Source: Vicugna vicugna
Lineage: Eukaryota
Assembly: GCA_013265495.1 (NCBI GenBank)
Contig: MU057703.1
Span: 172,498-198,949 of the forward strand
DNA: 26,452 nt
Direction: 5' to 3'
Each line of letters begins with the position of its first letter. The first letter of the stretch is position 1. Both the position numbers and the translations under genes were made by a program. Positions 10,579 through 21,385 of this stretch are shown here, piece after piece. The notes under the pieces are model-generated. The model did not search any database. It was not told the DNA's origin and saw nothing but the letters and a program-made list of their open reading frames with translations.

Positions 10579-10619
10579 AGCTTTGGATATTGAAGCTGTG
10601 AAAATAATTTTTAAAGGAT
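10579..10619 (+). pseudogene. Candidate relic exon (phase 2>1): ALDIEAVKIIFKG; alternative end 10652
   Basis: Acceptor atctttgtatattcag; weak donor GAT|gtctgt; open frame, phases match both neighbours. Confidence 0.5.
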
Positions 10620-11494
10620 GTCTGTATAATTTATGTCAATTTGCATTTCAAGGTTCAAACTAGAATTTTAGAAGCTAGATGCTGCCATAGGATTACAAAA
10701 GGCCTAAGGGATAAGATATAATTAGCAAAAATATAATCACAAGAATTTCCAAAATGTATATATGAAAGAAGATGATCAGAGACTATGCAAAAGAGACTGA
10801 GACTGGCCTGGCTTAATTAATGCTTTTTCTATTACTTGTGATATATTGGATAATCTAAAGCACATACTATATGCAAAATAATAAATATGAAATATGAAGC
10901 AATTAAAGTGTATTAGAGTCAATGAAATAAGCAGAAGCAGGTGCATTGTGAAACTAATGATATGGAAACTTCCTAATTAAGGTTTCAATGTTAATTAATT
11001 GTTTTCCAATCCCATGAGTTGAACCTTGCTTTGCTTATCAAGTCAGAAGTCCCAGTGCATTTTATTTGTTGATAAAATGTTTTGTGACATAGTGGAGAAG
11101 CCTGTTCCAAGAGAAACCCAGAAAAGAAATCCAACAGGGTCTCATGAAACCCTTAGACTCGCTATATTATTCTAACAGGAAATCACATTAGAAATAAATC
11201 TCAATGTACTATAGCTAAAACAAACAAACAAACAAAAAGGATGCCTGTAAAACCTTGTTGACTTTCTCAGAATCACAGTTAGAACATGTTAGAAACTGGG
11301 CTAAAACCACTTCTTATGGGTTATAAACCAGAGTGTTTTCCTCTCCACCCACCTGACTCCCTGTAGTCTTTCCTTGAATGGTCACTATGCACGTTTTTCA
11401 CACTGGCTTTAGTACGGTTAATGGATCAGTTTAATTTTCAACTAAACCAAAGTCAGTGTCTAGTGTTATTTCTTTTGTAATGTTATTTTTGTAG

Positions 11495-11568
11495 ATACTC
11501 TGCTAGGGATGGAAAACTCTATATATTCAGAGGACATGTTTAGTTTAGACAGTTCAGAAATAGAAAGT
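11495..11568 (+). pseudogene. Candidate relic exon (74 nt, phase 1>0): TLLGMENSIYSEDMFSLDSSEIES
   Basis: Acceptor tgttatttttgtag, donor AGT|gtaaga; the only open frame of three. Confidence 0.6.
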
Positions 11569-12617
11569 GTAAGAAAATTTAACTAATCTGTGCTGCTGCG
11601 GAAAGTCCTCGAGGTGGGATCGATTAATAGAATTTTAATAAGTGAGAAAGAGTTGTATTGCTGTTTTGGTGCACATCTGACCTGCAGGGGTCGAGCAGGG
11701 TGGGCAACTACACACTGTCCAGTATGTCACAAAATACTGTCAAATCAAAATTGGCTGAGGGTGGGTGGTGGAGTTCCAACGTAGGAGAGTGAAAATAAAA
11801 GACAGAATAAGTTGTCATTATTTAATAACACAAATTGTTTAAACAGATGAATTTTTATCAAGATTTTTAGTTGTTGCAAAAGCAATGTAAATGTTCCTTA
11901 TCTCCTCCTGCCACTTCAACTACTGTCTATTCAGAGGAAAGATGTGATAGTGGAGTCAGGGGAGGGGTGTTGGGGCTCAGCTTGGTGGTTTTATTTTCCT
12001 TTGGGAGTGGCCTCTACAACACCAGGAAATCATAGAGGAGCAGTGGGGGGGGGGACACAATGAAATCTCTTTGGAAAATAAAGACATATTTTCCTTTTCA
12101 TTTGAGGTCTTTATCCCTCATCTTAGATGGTGTTGTATGCCTTTCATTGGTCTTCTCCACACTTCTGCAGTCCTGCTGAAGGAGTAGCTTGCTTTCTAAG
12201 TAAGGACTGGTGGGGTATACACCTGCAGCAATTTGGATGGAGTCACATGGCTAATGTCAAAGGAGGATTAGAACCGAATTCTCAAGGACTGCTGACTCCT
12301 TAGATTTCTCAGGAAAGCATGCTTATGCTTTTATATGTTAAAATAAATTTGCTTGAGAAGAAACTTGGATAGTCATAAATTGGAATATTAATGTTGCCTT
12401 TACTTCTAACTTTTTTCCTCATATTTAAGTTTTATCTGTAAAATAACATAATATAGATGTTATATAGAACTGTGAATTATTCAAGTGATTCTAGAGTTGT
12501 TTCTAAACGGCCTTCTGAGTCTTAAAGATACATTTATTTTTCTGTGTTTGTATAAGTGAAAAGCAATGAGAATATGTTATTTCCCTGATTGAAACAATCA
12601 CATTCATTTGTCTATAG

Positions 12618-12695
12618 TCATACATTCTGTTGCAGTCACTTTATGATAGATGAATTACATAGTCAAGTACCTGGAATAGGAATTTTAATTATAAG
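12618..12695 (+). pseudogene. Candidate relic exon (78 nt; alternative start 12636): phase 0 SYILLQSLYDR*IT*SSTWNRNFNYK; frame ambiguous
   Basis: Acceptor catttgtctatag or ttctgttgcag; strong donor AAG|gtaagg; phase-0 frame fits neighbours but has 2 stops, while the phase-2 frame is open. Confidence 0.4.
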
Positions 12696-12989
12696 GTAAG
12701 GAGTTTAAAGAATAAATAACTAAAATCTATTTGGAATTAACATTAGGAAAGAACCAAAATATAAGGAATGTATGTAAGGCTTGCTATATGTTTTAAAGAT
12801 AAACCTTATACCTGCAGGATTTTTGCCATGTTTTCTGTCACCCAATTTATCCAATACTCTGAGTTGAATAATTACGGTTACCAGAAGGGATGTGAGTTTC
12901 ATTTTGTACCTTCATAAGCTCAAAATTAATATTCAACAAATGCTGGGAAACCACTAACTGTATCTGAACAAGTCAAGCAAGTGATTAAG

Positions 12990-13800
12990 ACTGACATAGG
13001 AAGTTTTTCTGGAATGAGTGTGCAAGAAAGTAGAATGAGGAGGCTAGTTAGAAAGTTGTTGTGATTATCTAAACAAGAGAAAGAAGGGCTTCATTAGGGC
13101 AGGATAATGAGACTATAAAGGATGTAGACACCTTTACATGCACTTTACATGCACTTTACATGCCACTTTACATGCACTTTCCTTCCAAGAGGAGTGGAAG
13201 TAAAATGCACTGTTTCCAGCATAGAGAAGAGAAGAAGCACTAATGCATACTGAGCTTTCCCGTGGGCCACTCACTAGAAGCCATTTCCACATACTGTATC
13301 ATCTAACAGTAGCAGAAATACAGTCCACAGGAAAAGAAAGATGTTACTAAGGGGATTAAAGAAGGGGGCACCTTGAGTTTCCAACACAGAAAGCCTCTAG
13401 CAGGATTTGGAAATCCAAGAATTGAGCATCAGTGATTCTGGAACCAAAAGGAGAAATCTGGAAGTGATCATTGAAACTTTGCGGAAGTGTGTGAAATAAC
13501 TTATTTATGTTCAGAGAGAAAACATAAGAGAATGCTGGTCAGAATTTTAGTTAATGTCTGTTACTTTTACTGGATGACAGAAGAAACACGAGCCAACGAC
13601 AGAAAAAGCCAACAAACGACTAGGAGAATGTTCAAAGTAGCGCCATATCATAAAAACTGGAGAAAAAGAGAGTTTTAAAAAGGAAAAAATTAAACAAAAC
13701 CAATATATGCTGTAAAGAAAATGAGAAAGACGATTAAGAACAAAGCTTTATATTTTGAAATTATAAAATAATTGGCTACACAAAAATTTGAGAAATCAGA
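12990..13800 (-). mobile_element. Degenerate L2 with internal MIR fragment (about 13240-13300) and tandem repeat
   Basis: aggctagttagaaagttgttgtgattatcta; tctagcaggatttggaaat; ggagaaaaagagagttttaaaaagga. Confidence 0.5.
13132..13180. repeat. 11-bp tandem repeat (ctttacatgca) x about 4.4
   Basis: Read directly; third unit has a 1-nt insertion. Confidence 0.9.
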
Positions 13801-14224
13801 AAAACATTTATAGCCCTTTATGAGAAAAGTCAATTCAGAGATCAGGCCAGGCTACAGCAGATCTAACCTCAAACAATGTTTTTGAGAGGAGGGTCTTATT
13901 GAAAATGCATTTTGGGAAACTTGTGGGCACGCCACTGGCGAACACAGTCAAGCTGCGTCATTCAAACTTTGATTAATAGAGGAAATGGGTCCAGGTTCAG
14001 TCTGGAAGGGACTGAGAGGTGAAGCAGAAACAAAGCGGGGAAGCTGACATCACTTAGAGGATGAGAAATCCTGAATAACCGCATTCACTAAGATTCAAAA
14101 AACGCAAATGAACCACCATGATTAAGAAAGAATTCTGATCTTGCCAATCGGGATCTAATAGAGGAACCAATGTCTTGCTGCAGGAAAGAAACAGTGTCTT
14201 GCTGGGTAATATCTTGCGGTCGCT

Positions 14225-14300
14225 GCAGCCCTGCCCCTCAGCAAAGTGCCTGGCATAATGCACAGTCTGTAAATGAAACAGGAGTTGAGTGAATGGATGA
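14225..14300 (+). mobile_element. L2 3' terminal fragment
   Basis: agcaaagtgcctggcata...gttgagtgaatggatga. Confidence 0.55.
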
Positions 14301-14309
14301 GAAAGAGTG

Positions 14310-15200
14310 GGGAACCACTAAAGGATTTTGAACAGGGGAATTATGACTAGGAAAACAGTTTAGAAAAGTCACTGTGGCTACAAGAAGGGTCATAGATTTG
14401 TTCTGGGAATGATTATAAACAGCCAGTCTATCGCAGAAGCATAGGAGAGAGCTGTAGAAGGAGGGACTATGATTGTTTAAATGGAGATAAAGAGAAATAG
14501 GTAGATTTGACAGATATTTGAATTAATGCATTACCGGAACTTGGATATAACAAGTATGAGGTGAGAGCGAGGGAGGGACTGGGATGGTGCTCAGGTTTCT
14601 GACTTGAGCAATAGGATGAAAGTTGGTGCCAACATCTAAACCAGGAAATGTAAATAGAGGGTTCATTTGGGGAATCGGTAATGACATGATAATGAGTTCA
14701 GTTTTAGATTTGTTAAGTTTGATATCTCTGTGGATCATCCAAGTCAAGATGATCAGTGGGAGACCTCAGAAAAGAGACTTGGACTAGCAACTTTGAAATA
14801 CGGGGTTTATCAGCCTAGATCTGGTTTTTAAATTCATGAAGGGGAGTAAACTTGCCCACAGGAAGTATACACAGGAGGGAAATAAAAGGAAAGATGTCTG
14901 AGGAATGTCTACACTAAAGGATGGTCAAAGGAGCTCACAAAAGAAACCAAGGAATGGTTTAGGGAGTGGAGACAGAATAAGAGAGTGTGTTTGCTGCTGA
15001 ATGAGAACTAGGGATGACACAGCTGCATAACGGTCAAAGAGGGTCAAAACTAAAAATCTGTGTATCTTTAATTTACTTCTAATTAGGACGCCGACCTTGA
15101 TAAGAGAAGTTTCCGGGTAGGGAAGGAGGGAGCCATCGCAGCACTGAGGAGTGAGTATAATGTGAGATTCTTGGAGTCAGTGTGTTGGGGCATCAGGATA
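14310..15200 (-). mobile_element. L2 LINE including an ORF2 remnant
   Basis: ccactaaaggattttgaacagg...caggtttctgacttgagc...; ORF 14523-14747 has WM...IKLNKSKTELII, the L2/CR1 RT C-terminal motif. Confidence 0.8.
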
Positions 15201-15741
15201 GGCTTAGGAGAGTGATGGAAGGTTCAAAGAGAAGCCAAGAGTTCAAGCTCCTCTTTGCAGAAGTTGGTTGTTGGATGATGAGACAGGGTTAAAAGTTTAT
15301 ATAATTATATTATATCCCCCAGACTTCCTCCCATAATTACACCTATTATAAGGAGTGACTTAAATGTGGATAAGGGGCAGGGTCCAAAACACTAACTGTG
15401 TTTTTTATGGCTTTCTGTGTAATCCAGAATTGTGAGCAGGAAAGAGAAGCAGCTGAATTATTGTGAGTCATTTTTTTTCCTAAACCAGACAAATTCTAGA
15501 TTTACTATAATCTTTCTTCCATTCCATTATTTTCTCACCTTCCTTATCTTCCTGCTATTCAAAACTGGCCAGAATATTTTGTCTTTCCTCCACCTAACAG
15601 ATAACATAAGGTTTTAGAAGTACTCCTGTCATGGAATTCTGAATTACAGAATTTACTCAAATTAAGTATATAGTTTTTAAAAACGTTAAGGTGCCAAAAT
15701 ATATCATATTGTTATGCTTTAAATGATTCCTCTTCTTTAAG

Positions 15742-15794
15742 AATATATCTATATATATAAACAAAGAGTGGTATTAAAAATATTTAACAACAAA
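15742..15794 (+). pseudogene. Candidate relic exon (53 nt, phase 0>2): NISIYINKEWY*KYLTT(N)
   Basis: Acceptor ttcctcttctttaag, donor AAA|gtaagt; TAA at 15775-15777. Confidence 0.6.
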
Positions 15795-16332
15795 GTAAGT
15801 CCTATATGTGTATCTTTATATCTAAATCTGTCCATCTATCTAATGTATTTGCACAAGCTTTCAGTAATTGGTCTTTTATAGGCAAATGTACATAAAAACG
15901 CATGATGTATTATCCTCTTTAAAGATTATTATAGTGTAGCCACCATATCTCTGGTTCTGATATTAATGCTTGTATAGAATGCCACCTTCAGTAAAAGTAG
16001 GCTCCATAAAAATTAATATCTGAATTAAAGAAAACTGAAATTCATACTTGTTACATGAAACAGAACAATCTAAGTCTCCAGCCTACTTCCTTTTGTACTG
16101 ACTGGGCTTGGCACTTTCCATTTTAGAAAGTGGCAATATGGTTAAGTGCATTTAATTTTTACTTTTATATTCATCCTCTACAAGAGTGAGAATTCAGATA
16201 TTTTCCCATCCTTTCAAATCCTGAAAAGCTATGTTTATTTTTAAAAATATAAGAGTACTTGTATACACCTAGGGAACTGTATTATACGTCATTATTGACT
16301 TTTGTATGTTAAATTTCTGCTGTTGTGAACAG

Positions 16333-16392
16333 TAGGGAGCTACCAAGACTTCGAAAACCAAAATTAAAAGCAAAATGAAGATGAAACCAAAG
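16333..16392 (+). pseudogene. Candidate relic exon (60 nt, phase 2>2): RELPRLRKPKLKAK*R*NQ(S)
   Basis: Acceptor gaacag (NAGNAG cagtag), donor AAG|gtatta; TGA at 16376 and 16382 inside a basic tract. Confidence 0.55.
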
Positions 16393-16704
16393 GTATTAGC
16401 TTTATAACAGTGCGCAATAGTTTTTACTTAAAAAAATAGTGTTTTCTGACCTTTGCTTTGTTCATGTTGGCGGTCTAAGTACTTTGTGGCAAGTGTTAGA
16501 TATGACTCCTGTTCTTAAGAAGTAAATTCTGCACAAAAGATAGAGAACAACCCCAAACCAATATGTCAGCAAATGTCAGTTTACAAGATTTATATTTTAT
16601 ACATAATTGTTAGAAGCATATGTTTAGTATAGAACACAAGACTCCAGATAAGATCTGATTAAATACAATCTTCGTAGCCCTTATTTTTATCAGCACATTT
16701 AGCA

Positions 16705-16832
16705 TCTCCTGTCTCTAAAATTTAAGTTCAGTGGGAACAAAGATGTTTTTGACTTGTCCTCCTTGGCTATCCCTATATTTGGAATACTCAGAAGTGTTTG
16801 GTACATAGGATGAGCTCAATAAACTTTTGTTA
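16705..16832 (+). mobile_element. L2 3' terminal fragment
   Basis: taagttcagtgggaacaaagatg...agtgtttggtacataggatgagctcaataaacttttgtt. Confidence 0.6.
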
Positions 16833-16999
16833 GTGATTTTTATTATCCTTAACATAAATCCTTAATTCTGTGGTTACTGATTCAGTTTAATTGGGTATTC
16901 GCTTTTTACCTCTCTCATTACAGTATTGATTCATATTCAGCATTATCAATTCAGAGTTCTGGATTTTTGTTTGGTTTTTTTCCTTGTTTGTTTTTATAG

Positions 17000-17113
17000 C
17001 CATGACTTCCCCATCTTGTATGAATGTCATTCAAAATCGGTGGTTAATACTGGTTTGCAGCAAGTACGGAGAATCTCATGAGCAAAGATGTGGTACCGCA
17101 AGCTAAGAAGTTT
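17000..17113 (+). pseudogene. Candidate relic exon (114 nt, phase 2>2): HDFPILYECHSKSVVNTGLQQVRRIS*AKMWYRKLRS(L)
   Basis: Very strong acceptor ttttttccttgtttgtttttatag, donor TTT|gtaagg; single TGA at 17079. Confidence 0.6.
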
Positions 17114-17780
17114 GTAAGGTTAGACCATCATTTAGCTGATATAGGTGGGTTGAGTTGATCATTGAAGCAATCGAATTAGACATGGGAGAATTTCTTTCAA
17201 AATTAGGGTCCAGCAGTGAGCATGGTTGATGAAAGGAGCTTCACATTTGAAAGAGTTGCTTAGAAGATTCAAAAGTAGTGTGGACTTAGTGTGGTTGGAA
17301 TGGAATCTAAGAAAGCAGTAATGATTATTTCATTTTTCAAATTCAGAATTCAATTCAAATTTCAGAATTTCAAAGACTAGAATTCACTTTTGGATGACTA
17401 AGTGAAGAAATGGTAGCTCTGTCGTCCATGAGAGAAAAATTTGCAGTCTCACAAGACAATATATAGTTGAATAATGATTATAGAAAATGCATTTGAGTTA
17501 GTAGTCTCCTCCCATGGAGAAAAAAAAAGTGAATGATGATTGTCAACTTTTATGAAAATTTTAGCAAGCAAATAAACTCAAGGTGATAAAGTCTGAAAAA
17601 GTAATTCACCCCTTCCCCCCAAATCAAATTTTAACAATTCCTATAGAAATCACACATTTAACTTATCTCAATATATATCTTAGTTATTATTTAATCCTGT
17701 TCTACTATGATAAGAGAATATTTAAATTATATTTCTATTCTACTTTTAAACTTTTTAAGCCTTTCTTTTGTTTTCTTAAG

Positions 17781-17822
17781 ATCAAAATTTATTAAAATCT
17801 TTGAGAAAGAAATTAGAGCAAA
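17781..17822 (+). pseudogene. Candidate relic exon (42 nt, phase 2>2): SKFIKIFEKEIRA(K)
   Basis: Strong acceptor ctttcttttgttttcttaag, donor AAA|gtaagt; open frame. Confidence 0.65.
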
Positions 17823-17871
17823 GTAAGTCTTCAGAAGTTTTTGTACTGTTTACTTTTTACTTAATTTGAAG

Positions 17872-17907
17872 AACAATTCCTCCTAATTCCAGGTAGAGCA
17901 ATGAGCT
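17872..17907 (+). pseudogene. Possible relic exon (36 nt, phase 2>2): TIPPNSR*SNE(L); alternative start 17893
   Basis: Donor GCT|gtaagt; acceptor tttgaag leaves only a 49-nt upstream intron. Confidence 0.3.
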
Positions 17908-18424
17908 GTAAGTCCAGAAATCATCATTCAGGAACAAAGTGTGCAAATATCTGCATCCATGAATTTCATGAAAGACTACAGAGAGAGTTACATGATGTTT
18001 TATTTTTTGACAGCACCAGCAAATTTTCACAAACTAAGATCAAGGTTAAACACCAAAAGCTATTACAATGGCTACTTGGAAATGTTACAAAATTGCCCTG
18101 GGAAGTATGGCCACAAACAAACAAGCAAACAAACAAAAATAAACCTTAGAGGTCAATATAAGGTAAAAAGTTAGCATAAGCACTTTCTTGCTGTATAATT
18201 ACTTTATGAGTCAATTACAGAATGAGGGAAATCTTAATGGTCTGAAATGAAAGTTTGAGCCAGACAGTGTGACTTACTATTTTCTATTGTAAAAGCTACA
18301 AGTGCAATTGTTTACAGCATTTCCTTCATTCCACATGATGACCTGTAATGTTGTTGCAGCCCACAGCACTGACACTTCTCTCTTATTCTTTTGTTTTGTA
18401 TTTTTATTTTCATGGTTAAGTTAG

Positions 18425-18502
18425 GAGTATTTATAATATTCTAAGACATATAAGACCAAGAGTTCTTTTGGCTGTGTCAAATACAGGACATATAATATAA
18501 AA
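18425..18502 (+). pseudogene. Possible relic exon (78 nt, phase 2>2): SIYNILRHIRPRVLLAVSNTGHII*
   Basis: Long pyrimidine tract about 18375-18412, acceptor ttag, donor AAA|gtaaag; 24 open codons. Confidence 0.3.
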
Positions 18503-18510
18503 GTAAAGGC

Positions 18511-18600
18511 TTGTAAATATACTAAAATTCATTGAATTGTACACTTAAAATGGGTCAATTTTATGGTATGCAAATGATATTTAAATAAAGCTGCTTAAAA
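18511..18600 (+). mobile_element. Old L1 (L1MB/MC/ME) extreme 3' end
   Basis: ttgtaaatatactaaaattcattgaattgtacacttaaaatgggtcaattttatggtatgcaaatgatatttaaataaagctg. Confidence 0.8.
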
Positions 18601-18759
18601 GAAGAAGATAGAACCAGGACAGGATATTGCTTGCAGCCACTACTGATTTGTGACTTGAGATTCTTGGGTCTTCTGTGAAATACAGTAGAGTCAATTATTC
18701 ATCCCCAACTTTTTCTCTTAAAGTGCTCCTCTTCCCCAGATAATTTTCTGACTTCAAAA

Positions 18760-19545
18760 ATGTTCAAACAGCTTCCATTTATAAAAAACAAGCATGAAAC
18801 AAAAGAAAACAAGTCTTTCTTTATCCTTCCTTCCTCCTTTTCTGCCTTCTCTCAAGTTTTAAGTTTAATAAAATAGTCTGCACACTCTATTTCTATATCT
18901 TTATACCCCACCCTATTCTGGCCCCTCACTTTATTATTGGATTGAGATCGACCTCATAGAGTTCACTTGTTACTCTTAAGTTGCCAGATGGAGTGATTCT
19001 GCACAGTTCTCATCTTCCTGGAACTCTCTGAGCTAGGAGACATTCTGGAGAATCTCTTTCTATTAACACATTTTTGTTTGTTTTTGAGTTCAGTGATACT
19101 ATTTTTAACTTGTCATATCCCTTCTCTAATTCCAGTTTTACAGAATTATTCTTTTTTTTTTTTTTTTGGCTCATCTTGTAGGGTTCACCTCTCTCAGTCC
19201 TAGATTCTTCCCACCTATTTTCTATCATTGTCTTGGCATTAGCTCTCACACCTCCATGAAAGTAACACCCAAATCCCTAGCCCCATCCTTAATCACTCTC
19301 TTAAGTAGGGGTACAGATTTCCACTTTCCTTTTGATTCCTCCACCGTCTCACACTGAACCTTAAAAAGCCATCTTTCCCCTTCTTCCAGACTTTATCTCC
19401 CAATCTTAATTAATAATATATTCATACATCTAGTCAACCATCCTGTAATGTTTATAGGATCCTTAATTCCTACTTCTTTTTTAGTTCTCTATATCCAGTT
19501 AGTTACCAAGTCTGTCATTTCTATCTTGAAATTTCTTTCACATTA
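18760..19545 (+). mobile_element. L2 LINE ORF2 region
   Basis: ttctcatcttcctggaactctctg...ttcagtgatacta...tcagtcctaga...tccagttagttaccaagtctgtcatttcta. Confidence 0.7.
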
Positions 19546-19699
19546 TATAAAATCTTTCCCTGTTTTCATAATAATAAACAATTCCCAGGACTTACAGGCA
19601 AGGAAGAGACTAATGTTACATATACAGTCTAGGAACACAGAATGCTCTCAAGATTTTACTTTTTGTAACCCTCCAGGGGGCTGTCCTGACACAAAGCTT

Positions 19700-20125
19700 A
19701 ACAAAATGTTAGAGAACAAGGTCTTCAGAATCAGGCCAGGACTGGTGCTATTACATAGGACACATTGCTGTGAATTAGGAAAATAATTCTTCTAAAATAT
19801 GCATCTTTTTATCAAAAATATAGTCATAATACTGATTTTGTAAGACAAAGAAACTCTATTGTCACTTGTAGGGGGAAATTCAGTAATAAATGTCCCAGTC
19901 CGCCTGGTCTATCTCCTTATCCATAGTGTTATAAGGAGTGTGCTAACTGCACAGCCGTACACAGGAACACTGGGTGTGTCTGTGTTGTTCACATCCCCGC
20001 CCTACAGCTATGTAACCTTGGTAGGGTACTTAACCACTTTAAACTTCAAATTCATGACTCATAAAATATGAATAACACTAATAACTCTTTCAGAGAGTTT
20101 TTAGCAAATGTAAATAAGAAATATA
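19700..20125 (+). mobile_element. Two MIR fragments (about 19700-19860 and 19950-20125)
   Basis: gctgtgaattaggaaaataa; agctatgtaaccttggtagggtacttaacc...cataaaat...taataact. Confidence 0.65.
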
Positions 20126-20129
20126 CTTT

Positions 20130-20178
20130 TGTGTGTGTATATATGTGTATATATAATATATAATATATAATATATATT
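20130..20178. repeat. (TG)n/(TA)n microsatellite
   Basis: Read directly. Confidence 0.8.
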
Positions 20179-20556
20179 AAGCAACTTCACATTTACCTGC
20201 AGATGTTCTCAGTCCACTGCCCCAATAGGACAAGTCATTATAAGATGCCAGATTGTGGAATTCCTTACACTAACATAAAGAAGAGATGAAAATACTATTG
20301 GCTTTAAGAGCTCACTATAAATCATTAAAATTTTGGTCTCAGAGAATATACCATTTGAGGACATTTCAAAAGACTTAGAAGAATAATTGTCCTGTTTTTC
20401 CAATAACTAAAGGAATAGCCTAGAATTTAATGTTTATACCTGAATGTTGCTGCTAGCCATTTGGACAAAATGATGAGAAGGCTATTAACACACAATGACA
20501 AAGTGTCTTGGCTTCATCATTTCCATGTTATGATTATATTTTATTATTCTCTTATT

Positions 20557-20778
20557 TTGGGGTCAGCACACTACAGGCCATGAGTCTTATCCAGCCCCTT
20601 ACTGTTTTTGTAAATAAAGGTTTCCTGGGACGTGGCCACACACACTTATGTGTGTGTTGTTTAAGCTGCTTTCCCACCACAGTGGTACAGGTGGGCAGTT
20701 TTCACTGGGATCTGTTGGTCTATTAGGCACAGAACATTTATGATCTGGCCCCTTACCTAAGAAGTTTGCTAATCTATG
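20557..20778 (+). mobile_element. MER58A (hAT-Charlie MITE), full length
   Basis: ggggtcagcacactac...ctgtttttgtaaataaag...gctgcttt...atctggcccc...aagtttgctaatc; both TIRs visible. Confidence 0.88.
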
Positions 20779-20899
20779 CCTTTTTGATCACTTTAAAAAT
20801 ATTAATTCACTTGAACTTCCATTTTGCTCAATTTTACACATATGAAAAAACAAAGGTTGTATTAATCTGGACCATGGTGTATCTGATTTTTCCTTCCAA

Positions 20900-20928
20900 A
20901 ATATCTTTAATGGATCAACAATGAACAG
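20900..20928 (+). pseudogene. Candidate relic exon (29 nt, phase 2>1): ISLMDQQ*T(A); acceptor mutated
   Basis: Donor CAG|gtactt; tract tttttccttccaa (AA instead of AG); TGA at 20922. Confidence 0.45.
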
Positions 20929-21279
20929 GTACTTTCAGTATGCTGCCTTAAACATGTACAGTTCTTTAGGCTTTGCCCAAAACCAAACAACATATACAAC
21001 AACAAAAAAAACACTAAGGCAGATCAACTTGTTTCTTTTCACTAGATTTTTATTGGCACCACCTAGAAAATGTTTCCTGTAAGAAATAAGTTTTCCAACA
21101 ACTGATCTTTTTCCTTCTTTTAACATTAAAAACTGATAGTGGGGAAAAGTCCATTTAATATTCAAAAGAGCCATGGGTTTGATGACATGGTGATGGAGTT
21201 TGTTCCCTGTTGGAAACTATTTTTGATTGAAACTCAGGGAACTCTATGAGTACCTATTTTGTTCATTAAAGCAAGTAGC

Positions 21280-21385
21280 TGAAACCATACCTTTCACACG
21301 GGAAGACTGTTTTGCAAGATTTAAAAATAATAATGTATGTTAAAAGCTTGGTAAATAATTATTTCTCAATAATAGCTATTATTTT
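21280..21385 (+). mobile_element. MIR 3' fragment
   Basis: atacc...gttttgcaagatttaaaaataataatgtatg...ctcaataatagctattatt. Confidence 0.55.

Noticed and set aside
13132..13180. CRISPR-like or other prokaryotic system
   Set aside because: The repeat has no spacers and the window is clearly mammalian; no cas or operon-like ORFs.
14523..14747. 74-aa ORF with RT-like motif
   Set aside because: Decayed L2 ORF2 remnant, not a host gene.
15742..17005. Stop-free alternative reading YIYIYKQRVVLKIFNNK|GATKTSKTKIKSKMKMKPK|P* suggesting an intact small gene
   Set aside because: Phase does not match the upstream exons, and it terminates at once in exon 17000 despite good downstream exons; not fully excluded without RNA data.
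17901..18174. Two overlapping ORFs of about 80 aa
   Set aside because: Cross a gtaagt donor and an (AAAC)n tract; no recognisable product.
20638..20657. Hairpin formed by (CA)n-tta-(TG)n
   Set aside because: CA/TG dinucleotide drift inside MER58A; no sign of an RNA gene.
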